Shown: positions 27,033 through 41,339 of the stretch, one piece after another | How the letters are laid out: each line of letters opens with the position of its first letter | Numbering within the stretch: the stretch's first letter is position 1 | From: Tubiluchus corallicola | Lineage: Eukaryota > Animalia > Priapulida | DNA length: 55,438 nucleotides | Assembly: GCA_030141605.1 (NCBI GenBank) | Contig: JAQGDQ010001209.1 | Span: forward strand, 1 to 55,438 | Direction: 5' to 3' | The notes under the pieces: model-generated | Told to the model about the DNA's origin: nothing | Seen by the model: the letters and a program-made list of their open reading frames with translations, nothing else | Database searches by the model: none | Position numbers and translations under genes: made by a program

Positions 27033-27525
27033 CAGTGGCGGCTCGTGTATAGATATTGTAGAACTGCAGCACCCCGTATTTTCACTCAGTATTATCGATA
27101 ATAGTCAATATAATAAGCCTTTTTTCTTTAGTTCTTTCTTTATACTTGTATAGAACCAGAGCACGTGAGGGTAGTACTGTTTGCTTCACAGCCCAGCACA
27201 CTGCGCTCCAGCAATGCGATGCTTGGCTCATGTCTGAGCCCATGTAGAGAAAGTACTGTCACTCACACAGTTTGTTGTCAGTTGTCACGTGCTTATCGTG
27301 AATGGTTCAAGCTTGAACTGTTACAATTTAGGCTATTAGTAAGCAAAAAATATTTTTTGTTCAAGATATTATCGAGTTTATGTATAAACTTTAGCATGTC
27401 TGTTTGTTTAAAGTTATAATAATTACAAATTACATATTTTTGTTTTGTTTTACACAGTATTAAAACAATGGCTAAAAATTTTCTGAAGCAGCAGCCCCAC
27501 TAATTTTAGCTACGAGCCGCCACTG
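27033..27525. mobile_element. Second hAT-type MITE
   Basis: Perfect 14-bp TIR CAGTGGCGGCTCGT/ACGAGCCGCCACTG. The 8-bp flanks GCCACTAC and ACCCCTCC match at 5 of 8 positions (degenerate TSD). Confidence 0.7.
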
Positions 27526-27575
27526 ACCCCTCCCCCCACACACACTCGATTGTCATAGCCTCTCGAGCTTTATAC

Positions 27576-27768
27576 ACATGTTCCCCCAAACTGACCATGC
27601 TCTTAATAATCCCTCCTACTTTCTATTCCGTTAGTGTATACCCATGTTCCCCCAAAACTGACCCATGCTCCTAGTAATCCCTCCTACTTTCTATTCCGTT
27701 AGTGTATACCCATGTTCCCCCAAAACTGACCCATGCTCCTAGTAATCCCTCCTACTTTCTATTCCATT
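27576..27768. repeat. ~68-bp tandem repeat, ~3 copies
   Basis: CATGTTCCCCC recurs at 27578, 27643 and 27711. Confidence 0.9.
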
Positions 27769-28007
27769 AATGTCAAATCGTCAGCATGTTTTGCGTCAAT
27801 AATTCTTTGTGATTCCGTCAGAGACGCGTGGTACCACCGTCACCCAACCGTCGACGTCTGCTCTTTCTGATCTTATCATCAACTTTACAAAGAGCTCGCC
27901 ATCACGATGAAACAATTGCACCGACTCACATTTCTGAGTCTGACTGAGGCTTTCAACATTTGCTTAAAACCACAAAGATGTCAGCGAATTTTCTGCTTTC
28001 CTGAACC

Positions 28008-28475
<468 letters not shown>

Positions 28476-28479
28476 AAAT

Positions 28480-28890
28480 CTTTATTAGCCATTTTAAAAA
28501 CATTGACCATCATATTAAAAGACAGACAATCATTGTTAGTTCATATAAAAAACATACACTGTTCTGGGCAAATGCGTCTGGTGCAAGCTAAACTATAAGT
28601 TCAATTAGAAATTCAAAAATAAAATATAAACTAGTTTAGTAAGGTCTAGGAAAAATGAAATTATGATTTGAGTAAGTATTATCATGTTCGTATGTCGGAT
28701 ATTCAAAACGAGTCATTAAATGTTTTTTTTTATTTAGACTTGAATATTGATAAAGAGCTGCTGTGTTTTAGTGATGCCGGTAATGAATTCCAAAGTTGTA
28801 TTGCTTGCTTAGTAATGGGATTCTTTCCATATTGATTGTTCGTTCTAATGTTTCTTAAATTTAGTGTTCTGTTATTCACACTGGGGTTTT
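28480..28890 (-). mobile_element. L2/Crack-like LINE 3' end running into a (TAC)n tail
   Basis: Minus strand IRTNNQYGKNPITKQAIQLWNSLPASLKHSSSLSIFKSK, then a UTR and a microsatellite. Confidence 0.6.
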
Positions 28891-29084
28891 TAAGAAGTGG
28901 GAGCTCTAGGTCTTCTAACTCTAATGACCGTCTAACATCTTTTTATCACAACGTCGTTACCTTTTGCTCTCCGTTATTTATCGGGAAAAGTTCGATTATT
29001 TAAACAAAGATGTATTTTTTAGCAAAACGCGTTTTTCTAGTGTAACCAGGGTCACCGCTTCAAGTTACAGCCCACTCACTGCCG

Positions 29085-29250
29085 ACTTTCTTGTTTTAAA
29101 AACTTTTTCCCAAACAAAATAATTAAAATCTGGAATCAACTTCCTGAATCTGTCGGTGGTGCCCCCTTGGTCTGTGCTCAGAGCAAGAAAGTTTTTAAAA
29201 AACGTTTAAAAGATGTAAATCTTAATAATCATTTATCTTTTAACAAGCAT
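29085..29250 (+). mobile_element. CR1-like LINE 3' fragment
   Basis: FKNFFPNKIIKIWNQLPESV..VFKKRLKDVNL. Confidence 0.6.
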
Positions 29251-30085
29251 AAGTAAGTAGCCTTGGCTCTTTTAGCTTCTAATCATAATCTTTTAATTAG
29301 CCATTTTTATACGTAGACTTTATACCTGTGCTGTATATACGTTTTGTCCTGGTTTCATATTTTGTACGTTCTTGCAAATATTTTTAACATATTTCTAAGA
29401 AAAATTACATATTAAACAACAAACATTTATTGTAGCCAAAAGGGCGAGTTAATAGGCTAAGAACGAAGACAATTTTCAAAAGGACAAATTTTGTGGAAAG
29501 TAGTGCGTACTGTCAACTTTCTAATGCTGATCTGACAGTTTTTAATTTATTAATTTCGTTTAAGATTCATTGACAATAGAGTAACGAACGATAAAAAAAT
29601 TGCCCAATTTATCTTTGTATTTTCCTAATTTTTAGTAGAATTGTTAGGAAAAGGATCCTAGGCATTGCCCAGAGATTGTGTACATAAAATTATACTGATA
29701 AAATTAATGCATATACCGATAAATTATTATTATCATTTCTAAAAACAGAATTGCAATTATTAGTGGTTCGTCTCCACAACAGTTTTTGCTACAGAGATGT
29801 ACCGTTGCCTTGCCAACTCGAAGCAGGCGTCGACTATGTCGGAAAGGCGCCGCCTACAAGATAAGACTCGTCGATATCATTAACCTTTTCAGGAACAAGT
29901 TTGGATTTTCCCATTTACAAACATTCTCCATACCTTTTCTGTGGCAAAACAAGACTTTAAAGTACTTAGCCTATTCACAAGTCATTTAAATTAACGTGGA
30001 ATTAAGTTCTGTTTCTGTTTGGACCTAGGATTCTGGTTCTAAATCAAGTGATAAATAACCTAATTTGTCAAAACTTGAAATAATG

Positions 30086-30552
30086 CATAGTATAGTATAG
30101 TGTAGTGTAGTGTGGTGTAGTGTAGTGTAGTGTAGTGTAGTGTAGTGTAGTGTAGTGTAGTGTAGTGTAGTGTAGTGTAGTGTAGTGTAGTGTAGTGTAG
30201 CATCGCGTAGTGTAGCGTAGTGTAGTGTAGTGTAGTGTAGTGTAGTGTAGTGCAGTGCAGTGCAGTGCAGTGCAGTGCAGTGCAGCGCAGCGCAGCGCAG
30301 CGCAGCGCAGCGCAGCGCAGCGCAGCACAGTACAGTACAGTACAGTACAGTACAGTACAGTACAGTACAGTACAGTACAGTACAGTACAGTACAGTACAG
30401 TACAGTACAGTACAGTACAGTATAGTATAGCATAGCACAGCACAGTTCAGCACAGCAGACCACAGCAAAGCACAGGCATAGCACAGCACAGCACAGTACA
30501 GTACATTACAGTAAAGCACAGCACAGTACAGTAGAGTATAGTATAGCATAGT
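30086..30552. repeat. Pentamer microsatellite with stepwise unit changes (TAGTG, CAGTG, CAGCG, CAGTA)
   Basis: Direct reading of the sequence. Confidence 0.95.
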
Positions 30553-30704
30553 CTTACAACAATTTACAAAAACTAAAACACAAAAGTACACACAGTCACA
30601 GTAAAATAAAAGTCCACACAGTTATGAGACACCTTAAAAATCATTAAAAACAATCATTTTACATATAAATTAAAACAGTTATTAAACAAAGATTAAAACA
30701 TATC

Positions 30705-31010
30705 ATTACACTAGTTAAAAGATGATCTTCTTTCCACCACTAGGTGGCAGGTTTTGGCACATTCTTTTAAATAAATATCACCAGATAGTATCTGATATAA
30801 TTTATCATTATCGCTGAACTCATTAAAGTTATTAATTTTTGCGCTTGGACACTGAAATAACAAAATTAGAATATCCTCATAAAGGGGGTCAATGCAATAG
30901 AACATGTTTTTCAGACTCGACCGGTAACTGATCACAAAAATGACACAATCTTTCATCTTCTGCGATGTTAGTGAACCTTCAAATCTCTAAAATAATGGGG
31001 TGCATCTGTG
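30705..31010 (-). mobile_element. RTE-X-like LINE C-terminal fragment
   Basis: Minus strand LEI*RFTNIAEDERLCHFCDQLPVESEKHVLLH*P-LYEDI: an ERLCxxC..E.H..CP.Y motif with stops and a frameshift. Confidence 0.65.
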
Positions 31011-31188
31011 GTTTTTGGGCAAAATAATTGAGCGTTACAGTCCTTTCAAAAAACTTCCTAGGATACACGTAAGTGTGGTATGGTTTTAAAACAAGCTAAA
31101 AAGTGGGTGAAAGCAGTAAACAAAGCAGAGAAAGTCGTGGCACGATACCTGGGGTTGACGAAAATCGCACGGCAGCTGGGCTTACAAT

Positions 31189-31434
31189 TACGCATGCGCA
31201 GCAGAACCCTGGTGTGACTGAGATGATTTTTCACTTGCTAACCCTATAGTTACGTTTTCAGCGAGTCCGTAAGATTGATTGATTCGTGGTGAGTAATTAG
31301 TGACTACAAATCGGTTGTTAATCAGTTGTTTATCGTGTGAACGCTGTATGTGACTTTTACAGCCGCGGCTGACGGAGATTATTGCTTTGCTTGACAATAA
31401 TTGACTGTTGCCATCAACAAATAAATAAAATAAG
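31189..31434 (+). promoter_or_regulatory. Candidate distal promoter and non-coding first exon of the GATA gene
   Basis: NRF1-like TACGCATGCGCA 31189-31200, Inr-like TCAGTT 31322-31327, strong donor AAG|GTAAGA at 31435, a second donor-like GTGAGT at 31289, and locally GC/CpG-richer sequence. Confidence 0.4.
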
Positions 31435-33212
31435 GTAAGAAAAGTACTTGTAACAACAGTGGGTGTTGTGGGTGTGCCTTTTTGTGGGTATGTATGTTTA
31501 GTAATGTCTTAAGTTTCTTATGGTTACAATTTATAGCTTAATAATAGGTCTAATTATTATAAATATGTCCCTGTATCCGTTTTTAACTTAAATTTGTGAT
31601 TTTTTTAACTGTATTTGTGTTTACGTTTGTGAGATGAAACGTTTCTTATAAATCATTTGTAATTATTATTCAATTAAATTACGATGAACTGCAATAAATT
31701 TGAATAATTTTAGCAATAAAAATTGTAGGTGGCGTTTTTGCACCTTGTATCACAAAATATATAAAAGACTTCGCAAATTTAATTACGCCTATAATGAGCT
31801 ATTAATTGCATATTTAATTTATATTTTCGCATGTAAATTGTAGGAATTTTTGAACTGTATCTCCCGTTTGTAACTTTAGCGCAAAAGCGTTTATCGGTAG
31901 TTCATTTTTGGTTTTTTTAATTAAAATATTGGCAAAACTAAAGTTGGTATTGTTATCTACGGTGTACACGACATTATTAATGTTACAAAAATGAAGATTT
32001 TTTTCAATTCCGTGACTTATATATATATATATATATAACACTTATCTAATATATATACATACATATAAGATAAGATAAGATAAGATTGACACACTTACGG
32101 ATACACTTTATTCCAAGTAAAAACGCATAATATCAGTACACATACAATAATAGCCATTATATATGTACGATAGCTACCACATCACACACAGAAAATACTA
32201 CAGTAATAAAATTATTTACAGATAAAAAATATGTCAAAAATAGACGTACAAGATTTAAAAATTAATAGATGTTTTGTGTATACAACTGGTTTATCTAATA
32301 TTGTTAAATTTTAGATAAAAAAGATACAATCACTGTTAAAAATTTTATTAGACTGTAAATAATCTTTAGACTGTAAGTAATTTTCCGTAAAATAACGTCA
32401 AAATTGGACAATGCGAGGTTTAGACATGCGTGCTTTAAGAGACATACTGTGCGCTTGTATTAGGTAAAAATTTATTTAATATTTTGTGCTACTATTATGG
32501 ACTCCACGTTACGTACAATTTTTGATAGCTCATTAATACTGACAAATAATTATCCACGGCTGCAAATACACTTATAAAATTGTACATATATGTCATACAA
32601 ATATGTTTAATTGCATCTAAATACGGTTACTCGAGTCGACTTCCGTTTCAAACTAATGCCTTACCAATTCAAATTCATAATGTTAAACATGCGTCGTCCT
32701 TAGTAAAAATAGCTAATATGGCGATACTGATTGATAGAAAATTATACAATTCTACACAATGTAGCAGCAGTACAAGCATTGTCTGCAATTCTGTGTGTAA
32801 TATAAAGTACCGTGGAAAATAGACACATTAAATTTTATTATTTCTCTAAAAAATGTGTGACAATCAACCCACTCGTACAATTTAACAGTAATTCTGAGTC
32901 AGTGGAGCGAATTAGTTAAACTGAAACTGTTGTTCATTTTTTCAACTCGTAATTACTGTGTAGGTTTTCGTTAACTCTTTATGTGCTGTGAGTTAAAATC
33001 GAATTCATCATATTTGTCTTTCATTCGAAGAGGATGTGATAATATTGCCTTAATTGTCATCAAAATTTGCACGGAATCAGGCCCCAACGTATAATTACAA
33101 TGAGTGCCAAAAGTTACTTAACTTTGCTGTAGTGAAATGAACAGATGTATCAAAAACCAGACATTATGTAATCGTTACCTTACCATAAGTTATCTGTACA
33201 AATTATTAGCGT

Positions 33213-33600
<388 letters not shown>

Positions 33601-34161
33601 ATTTTGAATTAAGTATGCATTGAAAATCACCTACCTTATACGTCATTATATATCTCCTAATATATTTGAAAATATATACGGCTATATATACAAGGTTGTT
33701 TCTGTGGCCGTTTTACGATTATTTCCTAATTAAATTTTATTACCTTGTTGAGTCAGACGGGTCCTGTTAACTCTGACGGACATATGTTACGCAGTCTTTG
33801 CCGGCCGGCAGACGGGGTTTATTTTCTGAGCGCCAAAATCAGCGTTCTTTGATTTACGACTCCGTTTAGAAGCAGGTGTATAAGAAGCGAAATGATAGTT
33901 TGGAGCACAATTTTCTCTGAGCTCAATATGTTAGAGAGAAGTGAAGATTCCAAGGGTTGAATAGATACACTAGCATGCGTGAGTACTGCTAGCATCTTGA
34001 GTATTCTACTAAACCATTGTGTTGAGGTATTTAGACGCTGTGGATAATCTTGCTGTTATTGTCAAGCACAAAAGCTCTAGTATATTTTGATACACAGCGC
34101 GTGGCTAGTTGATAATGTTTCACACAAAAACCACTGCGGCTCGCGCCCTGTCAAGGCTGAA

Positions 34162-34375
34162 CAGGTATTATAATGTAACTTTTTCTCTCTCCGGAGCAAA
34201 GAAGCACCTGGACAGGTGATCATTTTCAACATTCTGATTAACGATTAGTACGTGGCAATACCACACCTTTGTTGTGCTTACCTGTGCTTCATTGATTAAC
34301 ATTGACAAATTGAGTTTTAAGTCAGGTATAAATCCACAACATGTGTTAAGTATGAGCAGGTTCAATTTTCACCTG
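34162..34375. promoter_or_regulatory. Candidate enhancer/silencer: CAGGTR cluster
   Basis: Six CAGGTR/YACCTG sites in 214 bp (34162, 34205, 34213, 34279, 34323, 34370), including the inverted pair CACCTGgaCAGGTG. Confidence 0.45.
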
Positions 34376-34656
34376 GGGCTATAATAACTTTGCAGGGTGA
34401 CATGTGAAATAATATTACAAGATAATAGACTTCAGCATATTGTTACAATTTATATATAAATTTATATATACATATATACAATAATATATATATATATAGA
34501 AGATAAATGTATATATTATCTTTATTTCGTACAATTCATTAAACAAATTTCAACTGTACACTATGTACACTTTTTAATAGTTAGCAAATTTAGTAAATAA
34601 ATTTATATTAATGATAATTTATGACCGGGTTAGTGGAAAAAATAAGTACTAATATT

Positions 34657-34687
<31 letters not shown>

Positions 34688-34697
34688 GCATATTACG

Positions 34698-34826
34698 TTT
34701 TAACACAATTAATGCTGCAAAAATGTTTCTGATGATTAAATAATAGACTAAAAACTTAATTTAATGGCGGGCGAGCCCAACTATTGATGACATCACAAAC
34801 TAACATAATTTTCACCAGCAAAATAG
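34698..34826 (-). mobile_element. Family A internal fragment
   Basis: Contains GCGAGCCCAACTATTGATGACATCACAAACTAACATAATTTTC, shared with the other copies. Confidence 0.7.
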
Positions 34827-35068
34827 TAATGGCTAAGTTTAAATGAACTTCTGCTAATTAAAATTACATTATCCTTGTTTTTATATTTATGATGCATTAC
34901 TTTGTCGTTGACAAAGGCCACTTTCCCCGAAAAATAATTATTACTAATTAATAATAATAATAGATCTTTATTAGTACTTTTATAAATGCATAAACGTGCA
35001 ATAATTAGTGTAATATATCGTATAAACAATTTCAACCTCTAATTGCAAGCATTAACATATTAAGCAGG

Positions 35069-35101
<33 letters not shown>

Positions 35102-36291
35102 GATGATGATGATGAGGAGGAGGAGGAGGAGGAGGAGGACGATGATATGATGATGATGATGACGACGATGATATGACGATGATGATGATTTGGCTCGTGC
35201 ATAGTATACAAAAAATAACAGAAGATGTATATAAAATTCATATATTTGTGTACTTTCATATATACTGTGTAGCTGTTTCAGTTTTCATCTATTTTTACAG
35301 GGAAAAGACGTTTTCGAAAACAAAATACGAAATCAATTTTAATGAAGATAATAATTTAGTATTTATGGTGCATCGTAACAAATAATCGTATTAATTGTTT
35401 ATTAATTATTTGGCATTCTTTGACCTAGACTATCAAACAGGGAAAGTCGAAAATGAATTTGCTAGTTAAGCTCTTAAATTTAGGTAATTAAATAAGCAAT
35501 TAATCACGTTCACAAAGTTAATTATAAACAATCATTTTCATCTCACCTTCATAAGCAATTATTACTTTTTAATTTCCTTTTATTCCTGCTCGTAAACTCG
35601 CAGGTGAGCTGTACAGGTGCGCAATTTACCTATTCAAAATGACTTCGCATCATCAAAGCGCTAATTATGAAATAATCATTTCAACTCGGTTATCAGTCTT
35701 TTACCGCTCTCAGTTGTTATACGCCATATTATTTTTATCTATGCAAGTTTATGTCTCTACTCACACATCCACGATGGCTGTTCACTTGTCATAATTTCCT
35801 TCTTATACGCACGTAGACAAGCGCACCTGCGCGAAAAATTGCTAAACTCATTGACTCGCCGACTGACTTCAACAACGGCTGTGATTTGTACGTTAAAACT
35901 CTTGCTATTTGACGTAAACTTTTTCACAGTGGGATCTTCAATGTTATTTCATATGCTCTCTTGTTAAACGTATCAGTCCGCTTGTACACTTTGCCATATA
36001 GGGTCTACCTAGTTCGTGTATAGGTGATAAGTTATCTAACTAATCTTATTCACACGCTGGAATGAGCCAATTAAGATTTGTGCTGTTTTATCAGTTTCCT
36101 GGCTTCCTACAACACGAGTGCAATGATTAGATATGCTTACAGTCTGCTGTATGAATATGATTCTTAGCACTTTAAACGTATCAGTAATTGCTGCAAGATA
36201 TTTAAAAGTATGTATATAAATTAATTACTATTACGTACCCACTCCTATATTATTATTTAAATTATTTATACGTATTATGTATGTGTTTGTA

Positions 36292-36570
<279 letters not shown>

Positions 36571-36907
36571 AAGTATAAGATTTGAGTATGTTAATTGCAT
36601 ACGTGATGTGTAAATTTACATTAAAAAAGAGCATAACGCTGTAAAAGTAAAGTATATGCCTATTGTTATATTATTATATCATATTATATATAATAAGTCT
36701 TATATATATATATACATATATATATATATGTATATGACTTACTATTTTGTTAAACATTAGCCAGCTATCAAAATTTTCAGTAAAATGGAATAAACAAAAT
36801 TGGAGTTCTTCCATCCCTAGATAAATAAAGATAGAATTAGAGTTAACTATTGTATTAGGTAATGTTACGTATAAATTTCGACTTTTAAATTACGTTTATG
36901 AATTTCT

Positions 36908-37475
36908 TTAAAGGAAGATAGGATGATTTTTCATATCTTACCCCATTTTGAAGTACTGCATAAAGTATATATTTTATCATGTATAATAATGACAAAATGT
37001 TGCACATATTTAAATAATAAAATAAAAAACTTAATTAATGGTGGGCGAGCCTCAACTAATCATGACATCACAAACTAACATAATTTTTAACAGCAAAAAT
37101 ATCCCAAGAGCGTGTTGCACGTGTTTCGGAAATCAAAAATTGAAGCACAATGCTACTGTAAGATATTCAGTGTGCTGTAGTAAAAATTAGGCAAGTTTTA
37201 AGATAAAAATTCAAATTTCAAATTTACCGCTATGCTCGCGCACGAGCTGTCTAACGTGTGTTGTTTCTCACAAACTAACACAACTGTACCGCACCTACTT
37301 TTTGAGCAATGCGAACCCGAAATTGCGTTTGTGTCAAAATAATTCTTTCGCGTAAGTCATTTTTGAAAAGAAGGTATGTTTCCTTTCAATATTTTATTTT
37401 TTATTAATATTTTATTTTAATCTTTAGTAGATTATTTAGAAGAATAGTTTACGATTGGGTCCGGTTTTCCTTTAA
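36908..37475 (-). mobile_element. Kolobok-like MITE family A (both termini, internal deletion)
   Basis: TTAA-AGGAAGATAGGA ... TCCGGTTTTCCT-TTAA; imperfect 12-bp TIR with TTAA on both sides. Confidence 0.85.
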
Positions 37476-37993
37476 GAATGGCTACTTTAAACACACTGTA
37501 AAAATAGATGATAGAAAATTTTCCCATTTGGAAATTTGTGTTAAACTGTTCCCAGCTTCAATACACCTGTCTATACAAATACGTTTTCCTGTGTGCCCCC
37601 ACCCCCACCTCCTTAATTCTCGCGCAATGTTCTCATCCGCAGAAGCTAAGAACCGGCATGAGTATCCTCCCCTATCATTAAAGGATAAGGAGTCGAAAAT
37701 GACTATTGTTACGTTTCAATGAGTGTTTGTGCTTAGCTGATTCGTACAATGGGCTAAGCCATGCAGAATGCCAACAGTACGTCCGAGCAAATTAGCAACA
37801 CGGCTGCCACATATTAACTTTTACAAATTTTCCAGATGGTTAAACGCGATGGCCGCCGTGGTCCCTCGGGGAATGTGAGAGCGGCTGATCTGACCACAGT
37901 GATAGGAAGGCGAAAGTATTTGAATCGAACTTTGCATATACAGGGCGCAGACCCACAACAGCTTTTGCTCAATAAGAGTAACTGTGTATGAGT

Positions 37994-40119
37994 TTAAAGG
38001 AAAACCAGACCCAATCTTAAACTGTAAAGCTACGATTCCGTGTGTACGTAGTGCGTAATGCGTGATCTGTGATCCGTAATGCGTGATGCGTATTGACTGT
38101 TTCCATGTGTGCGTAATGCGTCGTCTGTGATCCGTAATGTGTGATGCGTATTGACTGTTTCTATGTGTGCGTAATGCGTCGTCTGTGATCTGTAATGCGT
38201 GATGCGTATTGACTGTTTCTATGTGTGCGTAATGCGTCATCTGTGATGCATATTGACTGTTTCTATGAGTGCGTAAACGCTACGCGTGTTAACAAAGCTC
38301 ACGATGCTCTTTCTACCATTTTTGGTCGTTATTCGTGAAAATTGCAAGCAATAATTTTTGGAAACCATGTCTCTCTCGAAATTCAAGTGTGATAATTACA
38401 CCAGCGGCATTAGCTTATTATTGTACTATTAGACGGAAAAGAAAACACAGGTTTTGAGTGCACAACATTTTACAGGGGAGAAAACAATATGGCAGGTATC
38501 ATCATTTAGTGAAAAAATTGCAGTTAGATGCATAACACATTCTACATGCTTCTTACACCTGTCAAAAACTTAAATACAAAAAACGTTATTGTTTGTAGGT
38601 CCTAAAGTGACCAAAACTCACCTAACTAGAATTTTCAGAAAGCTAAACAGTGAAAAAATGGTCACGGGAAACTTGGAAACGAACTATAGTCACCTAGGCA
38701 ACGGCGGTTTCCTGTCTGCGCACTGCTACGTGATGCGTATTCGAACGATAGCGGTCACTTTCGAATGAATACGCATCACACATCACGCATTACAGATTAC
38801 GCATTACGTGCACATGGATATATTTCTACATGTTTAAATATAAACTGTTGTATACGCATTACGAATCACGCATCAAGCGTTACATACGCGTGGGCACATT
38901 TCTACAGGTTTAAATATAAACTGTTGTATACGCATTGCGGATAACGCGTCAAGAGTTACATACGCGTGGGCACATTTCTACATGTTTAAATATAAAGTGT
39001 TGTATACGCATTACGGATAACGCATCAAGCGTTATATACGCATGGGCACATTTCTACATGTTTTAATATAAACTGTTGTATACGCATTGCGGATCACGCA
39101 TCACGCGTTAAGTACGCATGGAGTCATACCTTAAATCAAAACAATTTACTCTTCGAAATGTTGGAAGGGAACATACTATTTTTTCCAGAATGACTTACGG
39201 ACAAGATAAAAAGCATCAGTCCTTCTTTGCCACGGTCTTTAATACCTTGACTTTAGTAGCCAATGGTGAGGCTATTGTCATTTTTTACCGTATTATCATT
39301 TGTGTTTGGCAGGCGTAAAATTCTCAGCAGTAATAGATGGGCTTAAACGTTTTTAAACGGATTAGCCTATCTCTCATCTTAGGCAGATTATGTGCCTTTT
39401 ACTGCCTATATCCATACAGAACGCTTCATTACCTTGCTAATGAGTGCACGCGTAAGTGAAGTAGGCAGGTATAGGCATGGGAATTTGCTCTATTTGAAAC
39501 TTCCACACTTGCCTTGGAAAAATTTGATAGATAGATTATTAATTCAACTCTTTAAGTTGTACACACAGTGTGAATCAAAAACAAAAAATCATTTAGAATT
39601 GACAAAGAGTGTCGAAAAACCAAATGGTTGTCGAATTAGCCACCCCATGTCATTGGATACTAAGAAAAGTAATGGCCCTAATAGTTAACGTTTTAATTAG
39701 ATCATCTAAGTAGAATGTGGAAAATTTACTGTACCTCTCAGTTCAGCTGTGTTAGTTTGTGACGAACTACACACGTTCGACAGCTCATGCGTGAACACAG
39801 CGGTAAATTTGAAATTTGAATTTTTATCTCAAAACTTGCTTAGTTTTAATACAACACACTCAGCATCTTACAGCAACAATGCACTTCAATTTTCGCTTTT
39901 GGAAACATATGGCACACGCTTGTGGAATATTTTTGATGCTGAAAATTATGTTAGTTTGTGATGTCATCAACAGTTGGGCTGTCCCGCAGTTAATTAAGCT
40001 CTTAGTCTATAATTTAGTTATCAGAAACGCTTTTGCAAAACTATTCATGTTAAAATGTACACTTTTTGCCGAACTTGAAAATGGGGGAGTATATGAAGGT
40101 AGTATATGTCTTCCTTTAA
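37994..40119 (+). mobile_element. Family A copy fragmented by nested insertions
   Basis: Left end TTAA-AGGAAAACCAGACCC (37994-38027), resumes 39135-39205 and ~39728-40115, ends GTCTTCCT-TTAA. Confidence 0.75.
38028..39131. mobile_element. PIF/Harbinger-type non-autonomous element with inverted subterminal tandem repeats, nested in a family A MITE
   Basis: Imperfect TIRs AGCTACGATTCCGTGTGTAC / GTACGCATGGAGTCATACCT, 3-bp TSD TAA (38025-38027 and 39132-39134), and ~60-bp subterminal arrays with GCGTAATGCG-type motifs in opposite orientations. The host sequence resumes exactly after the TSD. Confidence 0.8.
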
Positions 40120-40424
40120 GTAATTTACCAATCCAACATAAGGCTCTAATACGTTAATCAGAAAAAATCACGACTTAGCAAAAATAAGCAAATGATTCAA
40201 TTCTACAATAATTAAATACACAGTTGCAAATGCATTCAAACACATACACAAACAAACACATAAGTGAGAGGAAGCGAATTATAAATATGCAACATTTCTA
40301 TCTTTTGCAAAATAAAAAATTAAGAAATAAACAAAAAATTAATAAAATTGGCAAAACTGAAGAAAATAAGCAAAATAGCATAATTTTTGAAGAGTACTCT
40401 GTGTAGCACACGTAGAAAAACATG

Positions 40425-40952
40425 TAACAAAAGTCAAGTAAGCAAAACACAAAGGAACACAAAATCAAGTAAGCAAAATACAAAGGAAGATTAAATCAAG
40501 TAAGCAAAACTCAAAGAAAGACAAAATCAAGCAAGCAAAACTCAAAGAAAGACAAAATCGAGTAAGAAAAACTCAAAGAAAGACGAAATCAAGCAAGCAA
40601 AACTCAAAGAAAGACAAAATCAAGTAAGAAAAATTCAAAGAAAGACAAAATCAAGTAAGCAAAACTCAAAGAAACACAAAATCAAGTAAGCATAGCAGAA
40701 AGGAACACAAAATCAAGTAAGCAAAACAGAAAGGAACACAAAATCAAGTAAGCAAATCTCAAAGGAACACAAAATCAAGTAAACAAAACTCAAAGGAAGA
40801 CAAAATCAAGTAAGCAAACTCAAAGAAAGGCAAAATCAAGTAAGCAAAACTCAAAGGAACACAAAATCAAGTAAGCAAAACTCAAAGGAACACAAAATCA
40901 AGTAAGCAAAACAGAAAAAAAGGCAAAATCAAGTAAGCAAAACTCAAAGGAA
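40425..40952. repeat. 31-bp A-rich minisatellite, ~17 copies
   Basis: Unit CAAAATCAAGTAAGCAAAACTCAAAGGAACA. Confidence 0.95.
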
Positions 40953-41339
40953 ACCGACCTGGCTTCACAAATTCACAGTCTATTCCCTCATTTCTGCTAC
41001 ACGTGTTTCCAGTGAATGTTAGACATACCCCGCGATCGTAAATCTAGCGAATATAAACCATTCTCGCGCGCAGTAGCACGTGTGTGCACGCATACACGCG
41101 CGACTATGCACGCAAGCTATACTAAATTGACGAGATTGTCATAACAACGTCGTTATGCAGTTTTAGTGCTGTATTATTAAGCGCATTAATACCAGAAGTT
41201 AGCTTTTACTTGAGGAAGCTGGGAAACCATGGTAACGAGGAGGTGTGGCTTGCCTTGGAATGGTGGTACAGAGAATGCAGTGAAACTAATCGCGTTCAAG
41301 GCCTATTATTGTCTTGGTTCGATTATAAGTTTCCGCAAC

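Noticed and set aside
32400-33200. Possible highly decayed LINE reverse transcriptase remnant
   Set aside because: No motif could be reconstructed with confidence by eye.
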